Positions 28,310 through 40,634 of a DNA stretch of 64,000 bases are shown piece by piece (position 1 is the first letter of the stretch; each line of letters opens with the position of its first letter). The stretch spans positions 304,916,001 through 304,980,000 of the forward strand of contig OZ024740.1 of NCBI GenBank assembly GCA_964016885.1, read 5' to 3'. Below the pieces are notes generated by a model. It ran no database searches and was not told the origin of the DNA. It worked only from the letters and a program-made list of their open reading frames with translations. The DNA comes from Eledone cirrhosa. Its lineage: Eukaryota. Both the position numbers and the translations under genes were made by a program.

Positions 28310-29868
28310 CATCATCATCTTCGTTTAACAACCATCTTCCATGCTAGCATGGGTTAGATGGGAGTTGTCCCACTTGAGGCAAGGTTGGTCGGGTGACCGT
28401 GTCTCGTTCATATACGACTATCTGGCAGGTTTTCTACAGCTGGATGCCCTTCCTAACACCAACCACATTTACAGTGTGGAACTGGGAACTTTTTACCGTG
28501 TTACCTACACAACCACATTACAGCGTGGACTGTGTTTTTTTTGTCGTGACACCTACACGATCTTGATCTCGATCTCATTATCTCATTTATTTGGACTGGA
28601 TATTGTGGTACCAACTTTACAGAGAGAGGGTGGTGTTAGTGGGAGTGGGAGGATAGGGTAGGGGTAGTGGATTGGGGTGTATATTTGGTTAAGAGGTACC
28701 TACTGACTAGGTTTCGCTTTGTACGTAGGCAAGGCGGGTCTTCTGTATTACTGCGTAGTGCCAAAGATCTCGGTCCAGTGACATTGTCTTGGAGAGGTGT
28801 AAGGTCAGAATTTATCAAATCGTCCCAGGTTTTTCTGGGTCTACCTACTCTGTAACTACCAACAATTTTGATCGCCCTGCACTTTTTTATACAGCTATCG
28901 TCTTTCATGCTCATCACGTGACCATACCAGTGGTCTTCTCTCAAGTAAACAGCATCTGATCCCTCTTATTCCTAATTTCTCACTTAGTTTATTTATGCTT
29001 TGCCATTCACGTATATTACTATTACACATCCAACGGAGCATGCAAGCTTCGTTCCTCTCCAGTCTGTGCAGCTCCTCTGCACACAATGCCCATGTCTCAC
29101 TGCCATGTAGTATTGCTGTTCGTATACAAGCATCATACAATCTGCCTTTCATTTTTAGAGAGAAACCTTTTGTGGCCAACAGCGGTATAAGCTCTCTGAA
29201 CTTTTTCCATCCCGTTCTGACTCTGGCTACTGTACTTTCAGAGCACCCTCCACCACTGCTGATTTTGTCACCCAAGTAACGGAAAGTGTCTACTATTTCT
29301 ATAGAACCATCTGGGCTATAGAAGGAGCTAGTATCCTGTGGGCACTTGCTACTTATTGCACCTGAGCATCGGCCACATATAAAATCTACATTCTTAGATA
29401 GTTTACCTGTGATCCCACTACATCTTTTATGTACCCATAGTTTGCATTTTGGACATAAAATGGAGTTTCTGCCTACTCCTTTCCTACACACTGAGCATGG
29501 CCATTTCCCTGAGGGCACCTGTACCCTATTTTTCTTTCTACAAACTAGAACTTTAGTCTTAGACAAGTTAACTTTAAGGCCTTTTGATTCTAGGCCATGC
29601 TTCCATGTTTGGAATTTCTTCTCTAGTTCAGCCATAGATTCAGCTATGAGAGTTAGATCATCTGCGTATATATAGTTCCCATGAGCAGCCGGTCTTAAAC
29701 TCCTCTGTTATAACCTGAAGGGCAATAATAAATAGGAGGGGGCTAAGGACAGAGCCTTGATGAACACCAACTTTTACACTAAATTCTTCACAATATCCAT
29801 TGTTAATTCTAACCTTACTGACTGTTTCTTTATACATAGCTTGTATTGCTCTCACAAGCCATTCATCT
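28310..29868 (-). mobile_element. 5'-truncated RTE LINE with RT motifs and PHD-like finger
   Basis: VGVHQGSVLSPLLF, YADDL (frameshifted), CSVC...CPKC..WVHKRC...CGRC, FRYLGD and HGSETW motifs, plus the 3' UTR and tail. Confidence 0.92.
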
Positions 29869-30356
29869 ATATATATATATATATATAGGTTGAAAGCAGA
29901 AACTGTTTGCTTAAACTTTTAATCTGTGCTAGTAACATACACATACATTAAAAACAGCAGACAGCTGGACTGGAAACTTTATTAAAATTTTAATTCCACA
30001 AAAATACTATACATATTTCAATGGCCCAGTTTCATCATCTGATCATGATGCACGACTTAAGTGATTTCATCAGCTGCTGATTGCATAATAAGTTATATAA
30101 GATAACAGGATTACAGTGAAGACAAACAGAAAGTTTCCTGTCCAGCCTTCTGTTATTTTTAATGAAGATTTAACTCCGTTCCTGTACCAAACATAAGATA
30201 CCACGTTCACAATGAATGATTTACATAACGTTGAATGTTTTAATTTACTGTATCATCATTTACTAACCAGAATCACTAGTTCTACCCATTGGTAAACAAT
30301 ATAACATATATATATATATGTTATATTGTTTACCAATATATATATATGTTATATTG

Positions 30357-31136
30357 TTTACCGTGTTACAGCGTGGACTTTGTGTTTTTTTTGTCATGAC
30401 ACCTACACAACCTCATTTGTTTCGGCCTGGATGTTGTGGCACCAACATAACTTTACATTGAAAGGGGCGGTGTGGATTGGGTGGGGGTGGTGTGACGGGG
30501 GTGTATTTTGTTAGAGGTGCCTACTGACTGTAGTAGGTTTTATATATATAATATTATATTAGGTATGAATCAAAGTTGTAACTGCCATATAGCAGGTACC
30601 ACTTGAGTCTTTTAAGGAAATCACAAAGCACTCAATAGATCAGTTATGTTAATACATTACTGTCCAGAGTAAACACAGCAGTTAAAAAGTGTGACACCAA
30701 GAAAAACGACCGAAGGTGGTGACCATACATATACCACAACAACGATAAATACAAAGGTTGAAATCTATAGCTATATATATATATCAACATCATCATTTAA
30801 TGTCCATCTTCCACTCTAGCATGGGTTAGACGGTTTTGTTCCACTTGATGTGGAAATGGTCGGGAGACCGTGTCTCACTCATACGGAAGTGTATCTGGCA
30901 GGTTTTTTACAGCTGGATGCCCTTCCTAACACCAACCACATTTACAGTGTGGACTGGGAACCTTTTTACCGTGTCTCCTACATGGCCACCTTACAGTGTA
31001 GACGGTTGTGCCATCGACACAGTGGACGGAACGGGGGAGGGAGAATGGAGTAGGGTGTGCATTGGGTTAAGAGGTGCCTACTGACTGTAGGTTTGTATGC
31101 AATAGCAGTTGTGTCTTCTGTATAACTGTATGGCAC
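30357..31136 (-). mobile_element. two RTE 3' UTR fragments (30357-30540, 30787-31136)
   Basis: Match to the 3' UTR of the 16756-18223 element. Confidence 0.7.
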
Positions 31137-31137
31137 C

Positions 31138-31172
<35 letters not shown>

Positions 31173-31451
31173 TAGATATGCATATGACCGGCTGTATTTA
31201 GTGTTTGTTTGTTTGTTTTTTATTTTTTTTTTTTTTTATTGTGAAGTAATGTTTAACTAAAGTCTTAATATCAAACACCTTATTTACTAATAATAAATAT
31301 ATAGAGACTATTTATCTCCCTTTTCTTTCTAAAGATAATAACCTTCTTAATAATTAATATGTCTTATACCGTCTGGACCATGTTTAAATAGAATTACTTC
31401 TCATAACACAATTTTTATTTTCTACTCTCAGGGATATGTTTTACTCATTTA

Positions 31452-31540
31452 TTATTCCTGATGAGATTCATGAAAATTAATTAATTAATTAATCAAAATT
31501 ATCGATTAAACTTTTTTCATTAATGAAACACATAGAATAA
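31452..31540 (+). ncRNA. decayed type I hammerhead ribozyme
   Basis: ttattc-CTGATGA-gattcatgaaaa...ttttcattaat-GAAA-CACATA-gaataa, with a perfect 6-bp stem I and a long stem II. CACATA looks like CpG-decayed CGCGTA. Confidence 0.6.
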
Positions 31541-31756
31541 AACTGTTCATATTTCTGCCAACTGTTTGGTTATCCTTTCAATACATATTTATGTTCTGTA
31601 ATGGTGCTTATTTCTCTATCTTCCAGGTCTTACCATCTAGATTTGACCATAGAATTATTTGATCTGCATAATTAATAATCCTAACATCCTAACAACACAA
31701 GCTTTCAATCATTTTGTCTTGACAAATCTAAATGGATATCTCCATTTATAAATTTT

Positions 31757-31796
<40 letters not shown>

Positions 31797-32014
31797 TGAG
31801 TTGTTGGTGACTAAACCGGCAACCCCACACAACCCCACCACTTGTTTGGTGGGGTGGGTGATTTTGGACACCCTGTGGGATGAAAAATAAAATCTGAAAA
31901 AGCGCAGAACTCATGAGAGTCAATGATCATCCAATAGTGTGTACGTATGTATACATTGTGTAAATATATGACATGTGTACATATGTGTAACTCTCTCTCT
32001 CTTTGTATATATAT

Positions 32015-32620
32015 CATCATCATCTAACGTGTATCTTCCACGCTAGCATGCATTTAGACGGGAATTGTCCTACTTGAGGCAAGATTGGTCGGGTGACCAT
32101 GTCTCGCTCGTATAGGACTGTCTGGCAGGTTTTCTACAGTTGGATGCCCTTCCTAACACCAACCGCATTTACAGTGTGGACTGGGAGGTTTTACCGTGTT
32201 ACCTACATGGCCACATTACAGTGTGGACTGTGTGTTTTTTTGTCGTGACACCTACACAACATTTATTTTGGACTGGATGTTGGGGTACCAACATAACTTT
32301 ACAGAGAAAGGGGTGGTGGGATGGGGTGTATATTTGGTTAAGAGGTGCCTACTGACTGTAGGTTTCGCTTTGTACATAGGCAAGGCGGGTCTTCTGTATT
32401 ACTACATAGCGCCAAAGAACTCGGTCCAGTGACATTGTCTTAGAGAGGTGTAAGGTCGGAATTTATCAAATCGTCCCAGGTTTTTCTAGGTCTACCTACT
32501 CCGTAACTTCGATCAATCTGCCTTTCATTTTTAGAGAGAAACCTTTTGTGGCCAACAGCAGTATAAGCTCTCTGAACTTATACAGCTGTCGTCTTTCATG
32601 CTCATCACGTGACCATACCA
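32015..32620 (-). mobile_element. rearranged, truncated RTE copy
   Basis: 3' UTR plus ORF pieces out of order relative to the 28310-29868 copy. Confidence 0.8.
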
Positions 32621-33131
32621 TAGAATTATTTGATCTGCATAATTAATAATCCTAACAACACAAGCTTTCAACCATTTTGTCTTGACAAATCTAAATGGAT
32701 ATCTCCATTTATAAATCTTTGTGTGTGTGTATATATATATATATGTTTGAGTCATTGGTGACTAAACCGACATTTGAAAATGTCAACACTTTCGGTTATA
32801 CAACATTCCTAACATCTTCACGAACCAAAGTATCATCTTCCTGTTTTCTTTCGGTTGCAACATTTTTCGAATTATTTACTTCTGCATTCACAGATTGATT
32901 TTTTTAGTTTCAGAAGATCCCGTTAGGGGTGAAAGCAGTGATTCTTTGCTTAAACTTTTCGTGTACAGATATTTTTGCATACACAAAAACAAAATATAAA
33001 CAAACGTATTTATTTCATGAAAGCACAGATGGTTTATCATCATTGTTACTGCCGATATGCCACCCAAAAAGTCCTAGCCTGGCAGCATGATCAGATTTTC
33101 CAGAAGAAAAAATGTTACTAGAGCAACAGAG

Positions 33132-33883
33132 AGACTAAGCTTCGCGATTACCATCAACAAAGCTCAGGGTCAAACTCTAAAAGTGGCTGGCCTTCATCTG
33201 GGAAAACCATGGTTAATTGTATGTAGGATGCTCTAGGGTGAGCTTGCCAAACAAACTCTTCATCTTTGCTCCCGAGGGCCGAACAAAAAATATTGTATAC
33301 TCTGAGGCTCTAACAATGTAATTTATGGATTTTCAGTTACTTGGAATTTCCATTATGGTTGTACCAATTATTGTAAAGTTTGTTAAAAAATGTGTTCTCT
33401 GTTCAACCTTTTTTGTTGTAACTATCAATTTTATTTAATGTACTAGCTGCTGAACTGGGGAATCCTAAAAACTATTCAAACCTAACATCAGAGCACGTTG
33501 GGATAAGAGTATATCCAGGAAAGTTTATTGATACTAATTTTATAACACCAAAGAAGAAGAAAGATATACCACGTATGCTAACCAACCTGACTGCTGAAAG
33601 GGATTCTCTCTGCGAGTTCGTTGTCAGTGATGATCGTGTTTCGCGGCCTAGGTCTCCGACTCCAACGGTTTACACACACACGAACACTCAGACAGGCACA
33701 CACACACATATATATATATATGCACACACACATACACACGAACACTCACACACACACACATATATATACACAAACATACACACACACACACTGTAAACAA
33801 TACAATGCATTCAATATAGACGTTTTCTCTTCTGCCGGTCTTCTCTTATAATTTGTTAACCTTGGCGAAGCCGGGTTCAGCTA

Positions 33884-33884
<1 letters not shown>
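33132..33884 (+). mobile_element. Helitron 3' portion with Pif1-like helicase C-terminus
   Basis: 33132-33321 encodes RLSFAITINKAQGQTL..LYVGCSRV..TKNIVYSEAL. Terminal hairpin cttggcgaagccggg, then CTAG|T. Confidence 0.85.
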
Positions 33885-33924
<40 letters not shown>

Positions 33925-33926
<2 letters not shown>

Positions 33927-34253
33927 TGACAAAAAGCACTTAGCCCACACAGTAAAGTGGTCGTGTAGGCGACAAGACAAATAGCATCAAGTCCACACTG
34001 TAAAGTGATTGTGTTGGTGACACAACAAAAAGCACTCAGTAAAGTGGTCATGTAGGCCTCATGACAAAAAGCACCCAGTCCACACTGTAAATGTGGCTGA
34101 CTTTAGGAAGGGCATCCAGCTGTAGAAACCAAACCAGAAACAGTTCTGTATGAGCAAGATACATTCATCTGATCTAACTTGTCTCACAACAGGACAGCTC
34201 GTCTAATCCATGCTAGCATGGAAAAATGTCCATTAAACAGTGATGATGATGAG
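33925..34253 (+). mobile_element. RTE-tail / SINE-like repeat
   Basis: Tandem cacactgtaaagtg units, ggaagggcatccagctgtag and a (GAT)n tail. Confidence 0.7.
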
Positions 34254-34673
34254 ATACATATATAGTGTATCCTAATTTCATAATAAATATCCATCCAAAG
34301 TTAGTCAAGGCATAAGTTGTGGTATACAGTTTGCCGGAGACATTTGTCATTGTTATTAAATCATTTGTCCCGCAAACTACATATGGTACTGTAATAAATA
34401 ACTATGTGTGTGTGTTTATATATATATCTTCTGTTTTACTATTTCTCTCCTTTCTATATATATTTTTTCTCCTTTGGCACACTCTATGTGTAATTTGCCT
34501 AAAGGCATAACTTGTCTCTATCTGGTTAGTTATGTACCAATGTGCACTGGAATGAATGGTATCAATCTTAATGCACTGAAACCACCGTCATTTTTAGAGG
34601 TTGACTGAGGAGATGGGACTGTCTTTGTATTGTTTTTTTTCCATTGTCTTTGTCCTGTGCAGTCCCTATTTTG

Positions 34674-34722
<49 letters not shown>

Positions 34723-34927
34723 GGTGTAATTTGAATTACATGAGACAAGTAGAGAGAACCTGATAAAAAGTAGTGTTAATTACATTATCTAATAAAGTCT
34801 CCTGTGCTGTAGTATCATTCATGCCTATTCTAGAGACTTTTGAATAATATGTATGAGTATATTAAATGAAATTTAGGTTGTGATTTGCCCCTCTTTATGC
34901 CAAGGAAAACTTAACTATTCAGTAAAC

Positions 34928-35050
34928 AGAGATCGATAAAATAAGTACCGTACTAAGTACTAGGGTTGACATAATTAACTAAAACCTTTTCAGGCAATGC
35001 ACTAACATGGCCGTAGTTAAAAAATTGAGAACAATAAAAGAATAAAAGAA
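34928..35050 (+). mobile_element. SINE 3' remnant with CR1-like tail
   Basis: tcgataaaataagtacc (end of Meta domain), then catggccgtag...taaaagaataaaagaa, resembling the tail of the LINE at 13776. Confidence 0.5.
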
Positions 35051-35103
35051 CAACAAAAACTAAACAAGCAAAACACGAATAATAAAACAATGAGCAGTCT
35101 TAC

Positions 35104-35246
35104 TTCTTGCTTTTGTCATCAGCAAATGCCGAGTCAGGGGTAGAATCCATAATTTGACTAGCTTAACTGCTATGTATTAAGGCATCTTAGAGCAATTGTC
35201 AGAAAGTAAACAGGTCTAACAGCAAGGCAAGCTTTAATAACCTGAT
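35104..35246 (-). CDS. candidate host exon (5' UTR plus ATG at 35150, MDSTPDSAFADDKSK...); product unknown
   Basis: Minus strand has acceptor tttaatttacaattttcag| and donor |gtaaga around non-repetitive sequence. 47 coding nt, phase 2. No partner exon identified. Confidence 0.4.
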
Positions 35247-37325
35247 CTGAAAATTGTAAATTAAATAAATTCAACATCAGAATACAATAGAGTAGAGCAT
35301 CTTTGAAATAGCAAGACAGTTTACGATAAGAAGAGTTATATAACATTCCAAAGATTTGTTGATTGTATGAGAGTTTAGGAAAATGTTATGAAATCATGTT
35401 GTGCAAGTCATTCTGAAGGAGGATATTATTGGGTCTTTTCATTGTAGCCAATGGAAAACAAAACATCTTTTCATTAGCTCAGACAAGAAGATCTTAAAAA
35501 GTATTTGAGACAGATTATTAAGATTATTAAAACCAACACATCTTCAAATATGTCTATGTAATTAACCTAACTTACTTTAAGCATGTAATATTTTTTGCCA
35601 GTAGCCATGCTAAGCCATATCTTTCATTTATGAAACAAGGACAAAGCATATTTTACAATGATGCTCTCAGGAAGAATATTTAAGAAGGCCTAACTGACTT
35701 TCTTGAATAGAGTGGAACAAAAATATAAACGCTGGCTTTTCTCAATACATGCTTCTTAACAAATTCCTTGAGTACATTGTATTTTGAGGGTATACCTATG
35801 GAGTTCCATTTTTCACGCAGCAGTCTTTGCATTGTTTTGCAAACTTTCGTTATTGGTGTTAAGTAGTAATATATATATTTCAACAATATAGTTTCATAAC
35901 CCCAAGAGGGATATGTGAAATCTAACAACTGAAATGACAGCCTGCAAGCCTTTCTGCCTCTCAAACTACAGCTGATCCTTTGTCTCTTGTTAAAAAGGAT
36001 TTTTAGCAGATTTGCAGAAACCTCCTTCCCTCCACTTCTCAACCACAGTACTCACAGAGAAAACCTCTACATTTGTCTCCCCACACAAACTCTACACATA
36101 AACACTAGGTTAACCTCCTCCCAAACAATCACTTTCCACACAACCAAGCTCACCCCCACATACACATACTAGTCACTTCAAACCCTCAACGTCATTATGT
36201 TGTTTATTGCCCCCAAACAGTACATTCCAGAGTTTGCCTCTATCTTTAGCAAATTCTTTAATCTCTGTCTAACTTTACAGGAATTAACCCTGATTTTTGG
36301 AAAATATGTTACATATGTCTCAAGAAGGCAATCCTGCAGTTCAAAGAACCAACCTTGTCACACACTGTCAATCTGAATCTCCCTGAGAATTATGTTAAAG
36401 GTACACGGCTGTGGAATGCTCAGTCACTTACATGTTAATAAATGTTATAATATAAATAGGATGAGTTGGAGATCTCAATCTCAATATGTAAACTGAACAA
36501 CTAAAAAAAATCAACGGAGACAACCTAGAAAAATTACCAATTTGGTCCCCCACTCTACACCCCCTGTTTATTCCACCACCACCCCTATTATTCAGGACCC
36601 AAGAGTATTTTTGCTATACATTACTCTTTCCATTCCATTACTCTCTATTCTATCACCCTACTCATCTATCTTATTCTCTTCTCCATCATGCTACTCATTC
36701 TATCCATCTTTTCTATCACCTTAACAACAACTGACTTGTAGCTGTCCGTCCACCACACACCTATTTCAATTACTACCTCCTTTACCACTTTGTTCATCAT
36801 AATCACTCTTTTATCTCTCCTTCGCTCTAGCTCTCTCTTAAACAACTTTCTCTTGTATTTGCTCATTCAGTCAGACAAAGTAGAGAGGAGTTTTTAGACA
36901 TGCTGGGACAAAAGAGACCGCTAGTGCTGGTGCCATGATAAAATGTACCCAGTACACTCTGTATGGAACTAGGCCAAAAATAAAACAGAAATAAAACGTT
37001 ATGCCCAAATCAAGCAAGGGTCGAATGAGTCATCACAGTTCAAGATAGTGGTCATTTGGAGTTATTGCTCCACATGACCACTAACTTGAACTATGACAAC
37101 TCATTCAATCCTCACTTGCATGTAAAGAGGACATAAAATAATAACAATGATGATGATAATGAAAACATATATATAATAATGTTGGCATCAGGAAGAGAAT
37201 TCAGCCATAGAATGGTACATATGAACAAGACAGTCATCTGACCTATCTAGCCTCACAATGTGACAACCTATGGAAGCATTGAAAATTGATGTTGAATAGG
37301 GAACATGATGATGACAATGGATGTA

Positions 37326-37362
<37 letters not shown>

Positions 37363-37388
37363 GGAAAGTGGACGTTAAATGGTAATGA

Positions 37389-37424
<36 letters not shown>

Positions 37425-37448
37425 AAAGTGGACGTTAAATGGTAATGA

Positions 37449-37486
<38 letters not shown>

Positions 37487-37510
37487 AAAGTGGACGTTAA
37501 ATGGTAATGA

Positions 37511-37568
<58 letters not shown>

Positions 37569-37651
37569 AAAGTGGACGTTAAATGGTAATGATGATATAT
37601 ATATATATATATATATATATATGGAAAGTGGACGTTAAATGGTAATGATGA
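37363..37651 (+). repeat. five identical 29-bp RTE-terminus units separated by variable (TA)n
   Basis: ggaaagtggacgttaaatggtaatgatga at 37363, 37423, 37485, 37567 and 37623. Confidence 0.9.
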
Positions 37652-37679
37652 TATATATATATATACATATATATATATA

Positions 37680-40347
37680 GTCTGCCTTTCATAGGTTATA
37701 GATTCCATACACTGGTGGTTTTTTCCCTGTTTTATTGATAGCGCACTGTATATCTCTCTCTAGTGTGTTACCTTTTCAACATATTGTATTTTAAAGAGCT
37801 CAGGATTTCTTCTCCTTTGAGCACATTATTTACAGGGAATGGCGAGGGTCTATGGCTCTGTTAATTTATTATGATATATATCATCTTTAAAAGAATAGAG
37901 GTGTAACACACAAGTTATGATATATTGGTAAATGGAAAAGATAATGCTGAGAAATTGTTCACAGTGAAAAATAGTTTAATTAGGAATAAGTGAGAATTAG
38001 TAATAGTATTGGTTAGTGTTCAGTTTTGGTTTTAAGTTTTACCGGTTGCGCATTTCTAATGCTTTTCAAAAATAATTTTGAGATAGAGCGTCCGTGATGT
38101 TTGCTCTAATCTGATTAGTTTTGGAAATTCTACCTGTTTTTATGTGAAAAAAGTGGCTCCAGCGGTATTAAAATAAGTTTCGCGCCAATTCGTGTTGCAA
38201 AAATTCTTGTGGTCAAAACAAAATAAGTCTTTCAAAACAAATATGTGTGTGTGTAGTAGTAGCAGTAAAGAGGTTCGTTGTTGTGATAATGGTCAGCAGG
38301 GATGTATGTGCGAACCGCAGCCTGTTGACAGTTCAAATGCCTATTAAGACAAGTGTGTGTGTGTAGCAGAGTAATTCGTGGTAGAGGGATGGTCAGTAGG
38401 AATGTGTCTGTAAGTGTGTGGGGGATATTTTAACATGTTAAAAGATATTTTTCAGCTCTTGTCTCATACGGAGAAGTGTGTGTGTGTATATGTCTCTTTG
38501 TATGTTAATGTACGCATGTGTGTTTGTATATATGTGTGTGTGTGGGTGGACCAGTATTTATTTTTGTGATACTGGTAAAATGGTGTACATTATTCGATAT
38601 TTTCAGTAAAAACGATTCTCTCAATAGAACATCAAAAACCTTAATAAAAGGTGTGAAATGATATATAGTATTGGCATAATACCAAGGTGTGTGTGAGTGT
38701 GTCCAGATTGTACGTACTGCAAGGGGAATCCATTAGGCCTTGCCGTATTGGAATACTTGTGTACAAATATGTATGTACCCATCAGTGTGCAATGCATGTG
38801 TGCGTTTATGTATGTATGTGTGTGTCGGCACGTTTATATCTATAGACATCAAAAGGTATGCAAATTTGTGTATATTTGTGTTGCACCATAGAACATGTGT
38901 GTTTACGTATGTCATTGTGTTTATATGTGGATAGAGATGTATGCTGATGTAGGTATGTATGCTGACGTGTGTATGTTGTGGGTTCGTCTTAGGGAGAAGT
39001 GTTTAGACGGGGTCCGTATTTGTTAATAAAGTAAGATTCCTTGCTGATGCGCTGGGTGTGGGTGGCATTATCTTTAAATTTGTAGAGGGGAAAGATTCTG
39101 AAGTTGAGATGATTTTGGGCGGCACAGGTATCAATGTGTTCACTCAGTGGTATTTTCTTGTATTCCCGTATTTTAATTTGGGATCTATGGACAGTCATGC
39201 GTTGGCGGAGGCTGTTTTTGGTCTGGCCTATGTATTGTTCTCGACAACCTGAGCAAGTTAATACATATATTAGATTTTCTGATGCGCATGTGAAATTGTG
39301 TTTTACTATAAAACGTTGTCCTTCTTTGAAATAGAATTCCGAACCCTCTATTAGGTTGATGCATATGCCATAGTTGGGTCTATCGCATTTTTTTACTGTG
39401 GGTTTTGTTGTTGTGGTTGGCAATACTTTGGCATGTGTTAGGATGTTTTTCATTGACTTAGATTGTCTTTTGCTCTTTATGATATCGTGTGTTCGTAGGA
39501 TTTGGTTCATTCTATGGTCCTTTTTCAACACAGGGATGTTCTGGAGGATGGTGTCAAAGGCCTCATTGTTGAGGGGGTTGTGTGTGGAGATGTATGGAAG
39601 AGCTTTTAGTTTCGGTTGATTTACTTTAGGCTGTCTAAGGTCCTGGGTACTGAGTTTTAGGGCACGTTGAATTCCATTGTCAATTAGTGATGAAGGGTAG
39701 TCCCTGACTATGAGTGTGTCCTTTAGTTCTTGTAGCCGTAAGTAGCAGGTGTTTTTATTGGAGACTATAGTACAGATTCTCTTGGCTAAGTTGTAGGGAC
39801 TATTAATTTTAACGTGTCTAGGGTGGCAAGAGTTGAAAGGAAGATATTGCTTGGAGTCTGTGGGCTTCGCACACACATCCCTGCTGACCATTATCACAAC
39901 AATGAACCTCTTTACTACTACTACACACACACACACACACATATTTGTTTTGAAAGACTTATTTTTCAGTGACTTCTCAATCAGCCGACACAAACCTACA
40001 TTTGACACAAAATCAATTTTTAACATTCACATGACCTCTACCGACCAATCAAAATTGTTTTGCCCACAAGAATTTTTGCAACACGAATTGGCGCGAAACT
40101 TATTTTAATACCACTGGAGCCACTTTTTTCACATAAAAACAGGTAGAATTTCCAAAACTAATCAGATTAGAGCAAACATCACGGACGCTCTATCTCAAAA
40201 TTATTTTTGAAAAGCATTAGAAATGCGCAACCGGTAAAACTTAAAACCAAAACTGAATACTAACCAATACTATTACTAATTCTCACTTATTCCTAATTAA
40301 ACTATTTTTCACTGTGAACAATTTCTCAGCATTTTCTTTTCCGTTTA

Positions 40348-40355
<8 letters not shown>
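37680..40355 (-). mobile_element. Penelope-like element with inverted terminal duplication
   Basis: GIY-YIG coding segment at 38989-39865. 37921-38314 is inverted at 39866-40355. Flanked by (TA)n. Confidence 0.85.
38989..39865 (-). CDS. PLE RT thumb plus GIY-YIG endonuclease (partial, open frame)
   Basis: KPTDSKQYLPFNSCHP, NLIYVLTCSGCREQYIGQT, RQRMTVHR and KESYFINKY.P.LN motifs. Confidence 0.9.
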
Positions 40356-40408
<53 letters not shown>

Positions 40409-40435
40409 GAAGTAATTCCGTCGGAAAAGTCCAGG

Positions 40436-40466
<31 letters not shown>

Positions 40467-40634
40467 TAGAAAGTGGACGTTAAACGGTAATGATGATGAT
40501 GATAATGATTATATATATATATATATGTATGCGTATACATATATATATATATCAGTGGAGAGATGATGTGCTGAATAAGACCTGTCCCACCCTTGCAAGC
40601 AGGGAAGAGCAGACGTATGATGATGATGATGATA

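Noticed and set aside
32785-32826. Minus-strand GTGAAGA...taacc-GAAA hammerhead-like motif
   Set aside because: The core is mutated and stems I and III are missing; at best a decayed pLTR.
34570-34620. GAAA...GTC...CTGAGGA as a permuted hammerhead (similar order at 19590-19625 on minus)
   Set aside because: Stems I and II could not be formed convincingly.
37363-37651. CRISPR-like 29-bp repeats with spacers
   Set aside because: The spacers are pure (TA)n and the repeat is the RTE terminus.
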